Source of the DNA: Alphaproteobacteria bacterium
GTDB lineage: Bacteria; Pseudomonadota; Alphaproteobacteria; SHVZ01
Assembly (NCBI GenBank): GCA_009694025.1
Contig: SHVZ01000004.1
Span: 12,025 to 76,024 of the forward strand
DNA: 64,000 nucleotides
Direction: 5' to 3'
Shown here: piece after piece, positions 57,275 to 64,000 of the stretch
Position numbering within the stretch: the first letter of the stretch is position 1
Layout of the letters: each line of letters begins with the position of its first letter
Made by a program: the position numbers and the translations under genes
Notes under the pieces: model-generated
The model's database searches: none
The model's input: only the letters and a program-made list of their open reading frames with translations
What the model was told of the DNA's origin: nothing

Positions 57275-58864
57275 ATGGGCGAAGCCAGCGGGTTCCGGCG
57301 GCTGCTCTATCGCACGCCGATCCATCGCTGGACGATCCGGCCGCGCGGGCCGGTCGAAGTGACGACCCCGCTCGCCAGCCTCTGGCCCGGCGATGCCGCC
57401 AGGGGACGCGCGCTGGTCGGTGGCGAACTCGTCCTCGGCGGCCGCGCCTTCACCCTCCCCGACCTCGGCTGGGCTCCCGCCGACGCCCCGGCCGAGTGGC
57501 GCGCCGCACTCCATGGATTCGACTGGCTCGCCGATCTCCACGATCTCGGCGGCGACGTCGGCCGCCGGCGGGCCCGCGAGCTCGTCGGCCTCTGGCTCGA
57601 CCGCCACCAGCGCTGGGAGCCGCTCGCCTGGCGGCCCGACGTCATCGGCCGGCGCATCGGCGCCTGGCTCGGCCACTATGGGTTCTTCTGCGCGTCCGCG
57701 GACGATGACTTCCGCGACCGCGTCCTTGCCAGCCTCGCCGCCCAGTCGCGGCACCTGTCACGCGTCCTCGATGACGCGCGGCCGGGCTCGGCGAGGATCG
57801 CCGCGGTCAAGGGGCTCGCGCTCGCCGCCGTCGGACTGACCGGGCTCGAAGCGCTGCTCGCCTCGGCGCTGGCCGGGCTCGATCGGGCGCTCGCCGAGCA
57901 GATCCTCGCCGACGGCGGCCACGCCTCGCGAAACCCCTCGGTCCACCTGGCCGTGCTCCGCGACCTGATCGAGATCCGCCACGCGCTCCGGCTCGCCCGC
58001 ATCGCGCCGCCGCCGGCGCTGACCCAGGCGATCGAGGCGATGTCGGCCATGCTCCGCTATCTCCGCCACGGCGACGGCTGCCTTGCCCTTTTCAACGGGT
58101 CGAGCGAGGAGCCAGGAGCTTTGATCGACGCCGTCATCCACCAGTCGGAGAGCCGGGCGCGGCTCGCGGTCGGTGCGCCGGATTTCGGCATCGAGCGGCT
58201 CCACGCCGGGCGCACCGCCGTCTTCGTCGATTGCGGCCGGGGAGCGGCGGCCGACGGACCGCTCCACGCCGGACCGCTGTCGTTCGAGGTCTCGATCGGC
58301 CGCGAGCGGCTGATCGTCAATCTCGGCGGCGCCGGCCTCCTGCCGGAGGAATGGTCGGTCGCGCAACGGGCGACCGCGGCGCATTCGACCCTGACCATCG
58401 ACGACACCAACGCGGTCCGGCTGGAGGCCGGAGCGTCGCCCCCGGCCATCGAGGTCAGGCGCGAGGAGGCCGACGGCCAGGCCTGGCTCGACGCCAGCCA
58501 CGACGGCTACGTCGACCGGCTGGGCGCCAGCCACCGCCGGCGCCTCTACCTCTCGGCCGACGGCGAGGACCTGCGCGGGGAGGATCTGGTCACCGGCGCC
58601 GCCGGCAGGCCCTACCAGCTCCGCTTTCACCTGCACCCGCGCGCGCAGGTCTCCCTCGCTCAGAACGCCGCCGCCGCACTCCTCAGGCTGCCGTCCGGCG
58701 GCGGCTTCCGCCTCCGCGTCTCCGGCGGGCGCCTCGACCTCGGCGAGGCGATCTATCTCGGCCGGCCCGGCGAGATGAAGCGCACTCAACACGTGCTGGT
58801 GACCGGGGTGCTGGACGGCCAGACGGCGCTCAAATGGGCGCTCCGCCGCGAGGGCAAGCGCTAG
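57275..58864 (+). CDS. Heparinase II/III-family protein
   Basis: 529 aa. GFDWLADL, HAS and DGHASRNPS patterns. The position after rpe is conserved in many alphaproteobacteria (from memory). Confidence 0.65.
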   Translation: MGEASGFRRLLYRTPIHRWTIRPRGPVEVTTPLASLWPGDAARGRALVGGELVLGGRAFTLPDLGWAPADAPAEWRAALHGFDWLADLHDLGGDVGRRRARELVGLWLDRHQRWEPLAWRPDVIGRRIGAWLGHYGFFCASADDDFRDRVLASLAAQSRHLSRVLDDARPGSARIAAVKGLALAAVGLTGLEALLASALAGLDRALAEQILADGGHASRNPSVHLAVLRDLIEIRHALRLARIAPPPALTQAIEAMSAMLRYLRHGDGCLALFNGSSEEPGALIDAVIHQSESRARLAVGAPDFGIERLHAGRTAVFVDCGRGAAADGPLHAGPLSFEVSIGRERLIVNLGGAGLLPEEWSVAQRATAAHSTLTIDDTNAVRLEAGASPPAIEVRREEADGQAWLDASHDGYVDRLGASHRRRLYLSADGEDLRGEDLVTGAAGRPYQLRFHLHPRAQVSLAQNAAAALLRLPSGGGFRLRVSGGRLDLGEAIYLGRPGEMKRTQHVLVTGVLDGQTALKWALRREGKR

Positions 58865-58873
58865 TCATCCCGA

Positions 58874-59482
58874 CTAACCCGGCATGATCTTCCGATAGGT
58901 CCTTTCCACGGTCCCAGTGGCGTTCAGCGCCTCGTCCGCGCCGGCGCGCGCCAGTCCGTGCTTGACCAGGTGGCCGTCGACGCCGAGCCAGCCGACGCCG
59001 GTGAACATCGGCAGCCCGGCTCCGAAACGGATGGGCTCGATGGACAGACGAACCTCGTCGATTCGACCGATCTCCAGCATATGGTCGTACACCCGCGTGC
59101 CGCCGAGCACGGCCACGAGTCCGTCGACCCCGGCGATCTTCAGCGCCTCGTCGAAGCTGGCGCCAGCCGGGTTGAATCTCAGGTGATTCGGGGAAAGCCA
59201 GGCGAGGCCTTCGACGCTGCTGGTGAAGACGATGCGCCGGCGCTCCGGCTTGGACGCGGTCTCATGGGTGGCGCGGCCGAGAACCGACCATGCGACCCTC
59301 GCCATGGTCGCGCGGAAGCGGGACTGCTCCTCCGGACTCGCCCAGTCCGAGGGCGGATCGCCCGGACGACGAGCGATGAAACCGTCGGACGAAACCGCCG
59401 CCAGCAACAGGAATTCCACCCCCACCTTCACGCCCCTTGATCTGATCGGCGACCGGCAGCCATTGTAGCCCTTCCGCCTCAT
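58874..59482 (-). CDS. Dihydrofolate-reductase-like (RibD C-terminal domain) family protein; start uncertain
   Basis: LLAAVSSDGFIARR, then VFTSS and VAVLGGTRVY resemble RibD_C proteins. ATG at 59482 leaves only 20 bp to lutA. In-frame GTGs at 59431, 59425 and 59419 are plausible alternative starts. Confidence 0.55.
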   Translation of the reverse strand: MRRKGYNGCRSPIRSRGVKVGVEFLLLAAVSSDGFIARRPGDPPSDWASPEEQSRFRATMARVAWSVLGRATHETASKPERRRIVFTSSVEGLAWLSPNHLRFNPAGASFDEALKIAGVDGLVAVLGGTRVYDHMLEIGRIDEVRLSIEPIRFGAGLPMFTGVGWLGVDGHLVKHGLARAGADEALNATGTVERTYRKIMPG

Positions 59483-59502
59483 CTCAGGACGACGCCTCCC
59501 AA

Positions 59503-60270
59503 ATGCCTGCTGCCTCGCCCCGCGTCGGCCTCTTCGTCACCTGCCTCGTCGACCTGATGCGCCCCTCGGTCGGGTTCGCCGCCGTCAAGCTCCTGGAAGC
59601 CGCCGGTTGCCGGGTCGAGGTTCCGGCGAGCCAGACCTGTTGCGGCCAGCCGGCCTACAACTCGGGCGACCGCCGGGACGCGCGCGACATCGCGCGTGCC
59701 GTCGTCGCCGCCTTTGCCGGCTTCGACTATGTCGTCGCCCCCTCGGGAAGCTGCGCCGGCATGATCCACGAGCACTATCCCGCCCTCTTCGCCGACGAGC
59801 CGGAGACGCTGGCGAAGGCGCGCGAGCTCGCCGGGCGCACCCATGAGCTGGTCTCCTTCCTGGTCGACGTGCTGAAGGTCGAGCGCGTCGATTCCGCCTA
59901 CAGCGGCGTCGCGACGTACCACGACTCCTGCTCCGGACTCCGAGAGCTCAAGGTCAAAGCGCAGCCGCGCCGCCTGCTCGCCTCGGTCGCGGGCCTGAGC
60001 CTGAAGGAGCTGCCGGGGGCCGAGATCTGCTGCGGCTTCGGCGGCACCTTCTGCGTCAAGTATCCGGAAATCTCCGAACGTATGGCGGCCGACAAAGCCG
60101 AAGACGTGCGGGCGACCGGTGCCGATATGCTGCTCGCCGGCGACCTGGGCTGCCTGATGAACATGGCCGGCAAGCTCCAGCGCGACGGATCGGCGATCCG
60201 CGTGCGCCACGTCGCCGAGGTGCTGGCGGGCATGACGGAAACGCCGCCGATCGGCGAGCCGGGAGGCTGA
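59503..60270 (+). CDS. lutA: Lactate utilization protein A ((Fe-S)-binding, CCG domains)
   Basis: 255 aa. VGLFVTCLVD, QTCCGQPAYNSG, YHDSCSG and EICCGFGG. Confidence 0.8.
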   Translation: MPAASPRVGLFVTCLVDLMRPSVGFAAVKLLEAAGCRVEVPASQTCCGQPAYNSGDRRDARDIARAVVAAFAGFDYVVAPSGSCAGMIHEHYPALFADEPETLAKARELAGRTHELVSFLVDVLKVERVDSAYSGVATYHDSCSGLRELKVKAQPRRLLASVAGLSLKELPGAEICCGFGGTFCVKYPEISERMAADKAEDVRATGADMLLAGDLGCLMNMAGKLQRDGSAIRVRHVAEVLAGMTETPPIGEPGG

Positions 60271-60275
60271 GCGCC

Positions 60276-61694
60276 ATGGAAGCGACCAGCCACGCCTTCA
60301 AGGACAACGTCAGGAGGGCGATCGTCGATCCGGGCCTGCAGAAGGCGCTCGGCATGATGAAGACCGGCTTCCAGGCTCGCCGCCTCGCCGCCATCGAGAA
60401 GCTGCCGGAGTTCGAGCAGCTCCGCGACGTCGGTCGCGACATCAAGAACCACGTGCTCGAGAACCTCGACTTCTACCTCGAGCGCTTCGAACGCAAGGTC
60501 ACCGAGGCCGGCGGCCACGTCCACTGGTGCCGGACCGCCGAGGAGGCGCGCGAGACCATCCTCGGCCTCTGCCGGAAGGCCTGCGCTAAGACGGTGACCA
60601 AGGGCAAGTCGATGATCGCCGAGGAAATCGCGCTCAACGACTTTCTCGAGGAGAAGGGGATCGAGCCGGTCGAGACCGATCTCGGCGAGTACATCATCCA
60701 GCTTCGCCGCGAGCCGCCGAGCCACATCATCGCGCCCGCGGTGCACCTCAACAAAGAGGACGTGATCGCGGCCTTCCATAAGAGCCACACGCATCTCGAC
60801 CCCGGCCGGCCGATGGACGATCCGCACATGCTCCTCGATGAGGCGCGGGCGGTGCTGCGGCCGAAATTCCTCGCCGCCGATGTCGGCATCACCGGCGCCA
60901 ACTTCATGATCGCCGAGACCGGCTCGACCATCATCGTCACCAACGAGGGCAACGGCGATCTCACGCAGATCCTGCCGAAGATGCACATCGTGCTGGCCAG
61001 CCTGGAGAAGCTGGTGCCGACCTTCGAGGACGCGGCGACGATCCTCCGCCTCCTCGCCCGCTCGGCGACCGGGCAGGAGTTCTCGGTCTACACCACGGTC
61101 TCGACCGGCCCCAGGCGGCCCGGCGACCTCGACGGGCCGGAGGAGTTCCATGTCGTCCTCCTCGACAACGGCCGCACCGACATCCTGGGGACCGAGTTCC
61201 AGGACATGCTCCGCTGCATCCGCTGCGCGGCCTGCCTCAACCACTGCCCGGTCTATGCGACCGTCGGTGGGCACGCTTATGGCTGGGTCTATCCGGGACC
61301 GATGGGCGCGGTATTGACGCCGACGCTGATCGGCATCGAGGCGGCGGGCCATCTGCCGAACGCGTCGACCTTCTGCGGGCGTTGCGAAAGCGTCTGCCCG
61401 ATGCGGATCCCGCTGCCGAAGATGATGCGCCACTGGCGCGAGCACGAGTTCGAGCGGCACCTCGCGCCGATGGCCGTGCGCTCGGGCCTAGCGCTCTGGG
61501 CGTGGCTCGCCAAGCGTCCGGGCCTCTACCGCGCCGTGACCGGGCTGGCCGCCCGGGTCCTCGGACTGCTCGGCCGCGCCCATGGGCGCTACGGCTGGCT
61601 GCCGCTCGCTTCCGGCTGGACCGGGGGCCGCGACTTCCCGGCGCCCGAGGGTCGCACCTTCATGAGCCAGTGGCGAAGGCGGAGCGGGGGGTGA
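60276..61694 (+). CDS. lutB: Lactate utilization protein B (4Fe-4S cluster-binding)
   Basis: 472 aa. GITGANFMIAETGS, CIRCAACLNHCPVY and CGRCESVCP. Confidence 0.85.
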   Translation: MEATSHAFKDNVRRAIVDPGLQKALGMMKTGFQARRLAAIEKLPEFEQLRDVGRDIKNHVLENLDFYLERFERKVTEAGGHVHWCRTAEEARETILGLCRKACAKTVTKGKSMIAEEIALNDFLEEKGIEPVETDLGEYIIQLRREPPSHIIAPAVHLNKEDVIAAFHKSHTHLDPGRPMDDPHMLLDEARAVLRPKFLAADVGITGANFMIAETGSTIIVTNEGNGDLTQILPKMHIVLASLEKLVPTFEDAATILRLLARSATGQEFSVYTTVSTGPRRPGDLDGPEEFHVVLLDNGRTDILGTEFQDMLRCIRCAACLNHCPVYATVGGHAYGWVYPGPMGAVLTPTLIGIEAAGHLPNASTFCGRCESVCPMRIPLPKMMRHWREHEFERHLAPMAVRSGLALWAWLAKRPGLYRAVTGLAARVLGLLGRAHGRYGWLPLASGWTGGRDFPAPEGRTFMSQWRRRSGG

Positions 61695-62365
61695 GCGACG
61701 CCCGCAGCCAGATCCTGGGCTCGATCCGTCGCGCGCTCCGGCGCGACGCGCTGCCGGCCGACAAGGCCGCCGCGCTGGAGGCCCGGCTCGGCGATCCGCA
61801 GCCGAACCTGATCCCGGCCCGCGCGCGGGGCGGCGCCGAGGCCGTGGTCGAATTGTTCGTGCAGATGGCCGGGAATGTGCAGACGACGTTCTCGCGGGTG
61901 AAGAGCCCGCGCGACGTGCCCGGCGCCGTTGCCGAGTATCTCGCCGGCCAGAATCTGCCGGCGGCCTTCGCCATGGCTCCAGACCCGGAGCTGGATGCGG
62001 TCCCCTGGGCCGAGAGGCCGACCCTCTCGATCCGCCGCGGCAGGACCGAAGGCACCGACCAGGTCAGCGTCACCGGCGCCTTCGCCGCCGTCGCCGAGAC
62101 CGGGACGCTGATGCTGACCTCGGGCCCGAGCCATCCCTCGACCCTCAACTTCCTGCCTGAAACCCACATCGTCGTGCTCCCGGCCGGCAAGGTCGTCGGT
62201 GCCTACGAGGACGCCTGGGCCCGGCTTCGCGCCGCTCGCGACGGGACGCTCCCTCGCACCGTCAATTTCGTCACCGGCCCGTCGCGCACCGGCGACATCG
62301 AGCAGCGCATCCTGATGGGGGCGCACGGCCCGCGGCGTCTGCACGTGGTCTTGATCGAGGGTTGA
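61691..62365 (+). CDS. lutC: Lactate utilization protein C (LUD domain)
   Basis: GTG at 61691 (GTGA overlap with lutB). 224 aa. AVAETGTLML and GPSRTGDIE are typical LutC/YkgG motifs. Confidence 0.75.
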   Translation: MSDARSQILGSIRRALRRDALPADKAAALEARLGDPQPNLIPARARGGAEAVVELFVQMAGNVQTTFSRVKSPRDVPGAVAEYLAGQNLPAAFAMAPDPELDAVPWAERPTLSIRRGRTEGTDQVSVTGAFAAVAETGTLMLTSGPSHPSTLNFLPETHIVVLPAGKVVGAYEDAWARLRAARDGTLPRTVNFVTGPSRTGDIEQRILMGAHGPRRLHVVLIEG

Positions 62366-62910
62366 TGGCGCCGCGCCGCCCGACGTCGGAGGAAAAGGCG
62401 CTCTGGGCCAAGGCGACGGCCGATGCGAAGCCGCTGAAGCGACGAACGCCGAAGACCGAGGTGCCGGCCGCGGCGCCAGAGAAGCCGAAACCGGAGAGGC
62501 CGGCGAAGGCGCCGAAGCCGTCGCGTGCCGCACCACCGGCGCCGCCGGCCAAGGCACCGCTCGACCTCGGCACCCGTCAGGCCTCAGGACTCGACAAGCG
62601 AACCGCCGAGCGCTTCCGCAAGGGCCAGCGCCAGATCGATGTCCGGCTCGATCTGCACGGGATGACCCAGGACGCCGCCTGGCGGCGGCTGGTGACGACG
62701 GTCGAGCGGGCCGGCCGCGACGGCCAGCGCACGGTCCTGGTCATCACCGGCAAGGGCAGCACGCCTAGCGGCGGCGTGCTCCGTTCCACCGTGCCGCGTT
62801 GGCTCGCCGAGCCGCCACTGAAGGCTATCGTCCTCGCCCACGCGCCGGCGCAGCCGAAGGATGGCGGCTCCGGCGCGCTCTACGTGCTGGTGCGGCGAAG
62901 GCGCGATTAG
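62365..62910 (+). CDS. Smr-domain protein
   Basis: ATG at 62365 sharing one base with the lutC TGA stop (62363-62365). Lys/Pro/Ala-rich N-terminus, then DLHGMTQDAA...VLVITGKG, the Smr nuclease-domain signature. Confidence 0.75.
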   Translation: MAPRRPTSEEKALWAKATADAKPLKRRTPKTEVPAAAPEKPKPERPAKAPKPSRAAPPAPPAKAPLDLGTRQASGLDKRTAERFRKGQRQIDVRLDLHGMTQDAAWRRLVTTVERAGRDGQRTVLVITGKGSTPSGGVLRSTVPRWLAEPPLKAIVLAHAPAQPKDGGSGALYVLVRRRRD

Positions 62911-63060
62911 CCCGGCTGGGCAGACCTGCACGACCTCGAGGGCCCGCTCCTCGCCCGGCCGCGTCCGTCAGCGGAGCGACCGGCCGACTCCGCGGCCGAT
63001 CAGCGCCGCGGAAGACGGCGGCGCGCGGCGCTGAGGTTGAAGGACAGTCCAAGAAGACGG

Positions 63061-63086
63061 CCCCGGCGAACCGGTTCGCCGAGGGG
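63061..63086. terminator. GC-rich palindrome/hairpin, a possible bidirectional terminator between the Smr gene and rnhA
   Basis: CCCC-GGCGAACCGGTTCGCC-GAGGGG, with a 16-nt perfect palindrome at 63065-63080. On the minus strand it is followed by CCGTCTTCTT. There is no clean U-tract. Confidence 0.3.
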
Positions 63087-63210
63087 ATCAGGCAGCCGGT
63101 GCCGGGGCCAGTAAGCCCATTCGGGCGCGGTCCAATCGCGCGAGTTCAGTCATCTGCAAGCAGCGCGTTTCGCGGACCATGTTGCGCATATGGGACGCCT
63201 GCGGCCGTTT

Positions 63211-63684
63211 TCAACCCGGGCCCGGAGTGGGCTTTCCTGAGCGCGGGACCGCCTCTCGGGCAAGCTTGTCGACGCGTTCGTTTTCGGGATGCCCGGAGTG
63301 GCCGCGGACCCATACCCATTCGACATCGTGGGCGGCGGCGGCGGCATCGAGCCGCTGCCAGAGGTCGACGTTCTTCACCGCCTTCTTGTCGGCGGTCTTC
63401 CAGCCGCGGACCTTCCAGCGCGGCAGCCAGGCGGTGATGCCGTCCCGGACGTACTGGCTGTCGGTATGGAGGCGCGCCTTGACCGAGCGATTGAGAGCTT
63501 CGAGCGCGCCGATCGCCGCCATCAGCTCCATCCGGTTGTTGGTGGTCTGGGCCTCGCCCCCCGAGAGCTCGCGCTCGGCTTCGCCGTAGCGCAGCAGCGC
63601 CGCCCAGCCGCCGGGCCCGGGATTCCCCGAGCAGGCGCCGTCGGTGAAGATCTCGACCACGCCTTTCTGCTCGTGCCCGGTCAT
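63211..63684 (-). CDS. rnhA: Ribonuclease HI
   Basis: ATG at 63684 (ATGA overlap with the thrB stop). 157 aa. [29 protein letters not shown] and [12 protein letters not shown]. Confidence 0.9.
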   Translation of the reverse strand: MTGHEQKGVVEIFTDGACSGNPGPGGWAALLRYGEAERELSGGEAQTTNNRMELMAAIGALEALNRSVKARLHTDSQYVRDGITAWLPRWKVRGWKTADKKAVKNVDLWQRLDAAAAAHDVEWVWVRGHSGHPENERVDKLAREAVPRSGKPTPGPG

Positions 63685-64000
63685 GCCGGATCGAGGCCGT
63701 AGCCCTCGGGGCCGCTGACGCGCTGGTGGAACTGGAGCTTCGCCCAGTACTCGAGCGGATCCTTCGGCCTCACCAGGGCGCCTTCCGGGTGGTTGAGCCA
63801 ATCGTAGAGGCGGGTGAGAAGAAACCGCAGCGCCGATCCGCGGCAGAGCACGGGTAGCGCCTTGGTCTCCGCCGGCGACAACGGTCTGTGGTGTTGGTAG
63901 GCCGACGCCAGGAGCCGTGCCTTGGTGACGTTAAAGGCGTGATCGGGCTCGAAGCACCAGGCGTTGAGGCAGATCGCCAGGTCGTAGGCGAGGAAGTCGT
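63681..64000 (-). CDS. thrB: Homoserine kinase type II (APH fold), C-terminal part; the gene continues beyond the window
   Basis: The frame is open from 64000. It translates to [17 protein letters not shown]...[35 protein letters not shown], as in alphaproteobacterial ThrB. thrB-rnhA synteny. Confidence 0.75.
   Translation of the reverse strand, partial: DFLAYDLAICLNAWCFEPDHAFNVTKARLLASAYQHHRPLSPAETKALPVLCRGSALRFLLTRLYDWLNHPEGALVRPKDPLEYWAKLQFHQRVSGPEGYGLDPA

Noticed and set aside
55756-57708. 650-aa plus-strand ORF running across rsmB, rpe and the heparinase-family gene, plus the 55142..56347 minus-strand ORF.
   Set aside because: It is out of frame with three motif-supported genes, and more than a quarter of its residues are Arg or Pro. 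It is not plausible as a protein.
59898-61460. 520-aa minus-strand ORF, plus 61589..62557 minus and 57758..58792 minus.
   Set aside because: These are antisense to lutA/lutB, lutC/Smr and the heparinase-family gene respectively. They are shadow ORFs with no motifs.
62941-63180. Short minus-strand ORFs in the Smr-rnhA gap (a 33-codon ATG ORF and a start-less frame ending ...LSFNLSAARRRLPRR).
   Set aside because: They are too short, with no RBS or recognisable family, and one lacks any start codon. I kept them only as a possible gene remnant in the findings, not as features.
1-64000. Search for CRISPR arrays, tRNA/rRNA genes, IS elements, integrases, toxin-antitoxin pairs, restriction-modification or other defence modules, and low-GC islands.
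   Set aside because: I saw no regularly spaced direct repeats, no tRNA-like T-loop/acceptor patterns in the few spacers over 100 bp, and no transposase, integrase or nuclease/ATPase defence signatures in any frame. The only AT-richer patches are short promoter-like regions and the atpB/atpE genes, whose lower GC is normal for membrane proteins.

Overview
This is a very GC-rich chromosomal segment with alphaproteobacterial gene order: gpmI-envC-ctpA-yibQ-rppH, atpI-B-E-F'-F, irr and thrB-rnhA. From synteny alone it fits a Hyphomicrobiales/Rhodospirillales-type genome. All calls come from reading the supplied translations and the DNA by eye (motifs, remembered family signatures, start/stop geometry); no database search was run.

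I call about 63 densely packed protein-coding genes, many with 1-14 nt start/stop overlaps. I recognised no rRNA, tRNA, CRISPR array, integrase/transposase, prophage or classical defence module.

The content is housekeeping (gpmI, ctpA, rppH, asd, F0 ATP synthase, htpX, rsmB, rpe, rnhA, thrB) interleaved with small catabolic islands:
- dpaL plus an M20 amidohydrolase
- an oxidative-uronate-like locus
- a TPP enzyme, cyclase and ADP-forming acyl-CoA synthetase
- a hydroxyproline-epimerase-centred cluster
- nagA, a SIS deaminase and murQ, flanked by two GT41-like glycosyltransferases
- lutABC
- an irr / rubrerythrin / CCG Fe-S / DUF3501 iron and oxidative-stress locus

Most long ORFs in the track that are rich in R/G/A/P/D are antisense or out-of-frame shadows of real genes.

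I did not find an unmistakable novel system. The most unusual items are:
1. an amicyanin-like cupredoxin gene split from its signal peptide by a 7-nt homopolymer frameshift, heading a cupredoxin / hybrid kinase / CheY / PMH-like sulfatase operon
2. a non-canonical hydroxyproline-epimerase cluster (TPP enzyme, Asp/Glu-racemase-like, FGase-like)
3. two GT41-like protein glycosyltransferases, each overlapping the end of an amino-sugar recycling gene (a 14-nt overlap and an ATGA overlap)
4. a pseudo-receiver (Asp to Glu) response-regulator-like protein with an uncharacterised C-terminal domain
5. an ICE-like Irr operator upstream of the rubrerythrin operon
6. a REP-like double hairpin

No transporter and no one-component regulator other than Irr is visible anywhere in the 64 kb.
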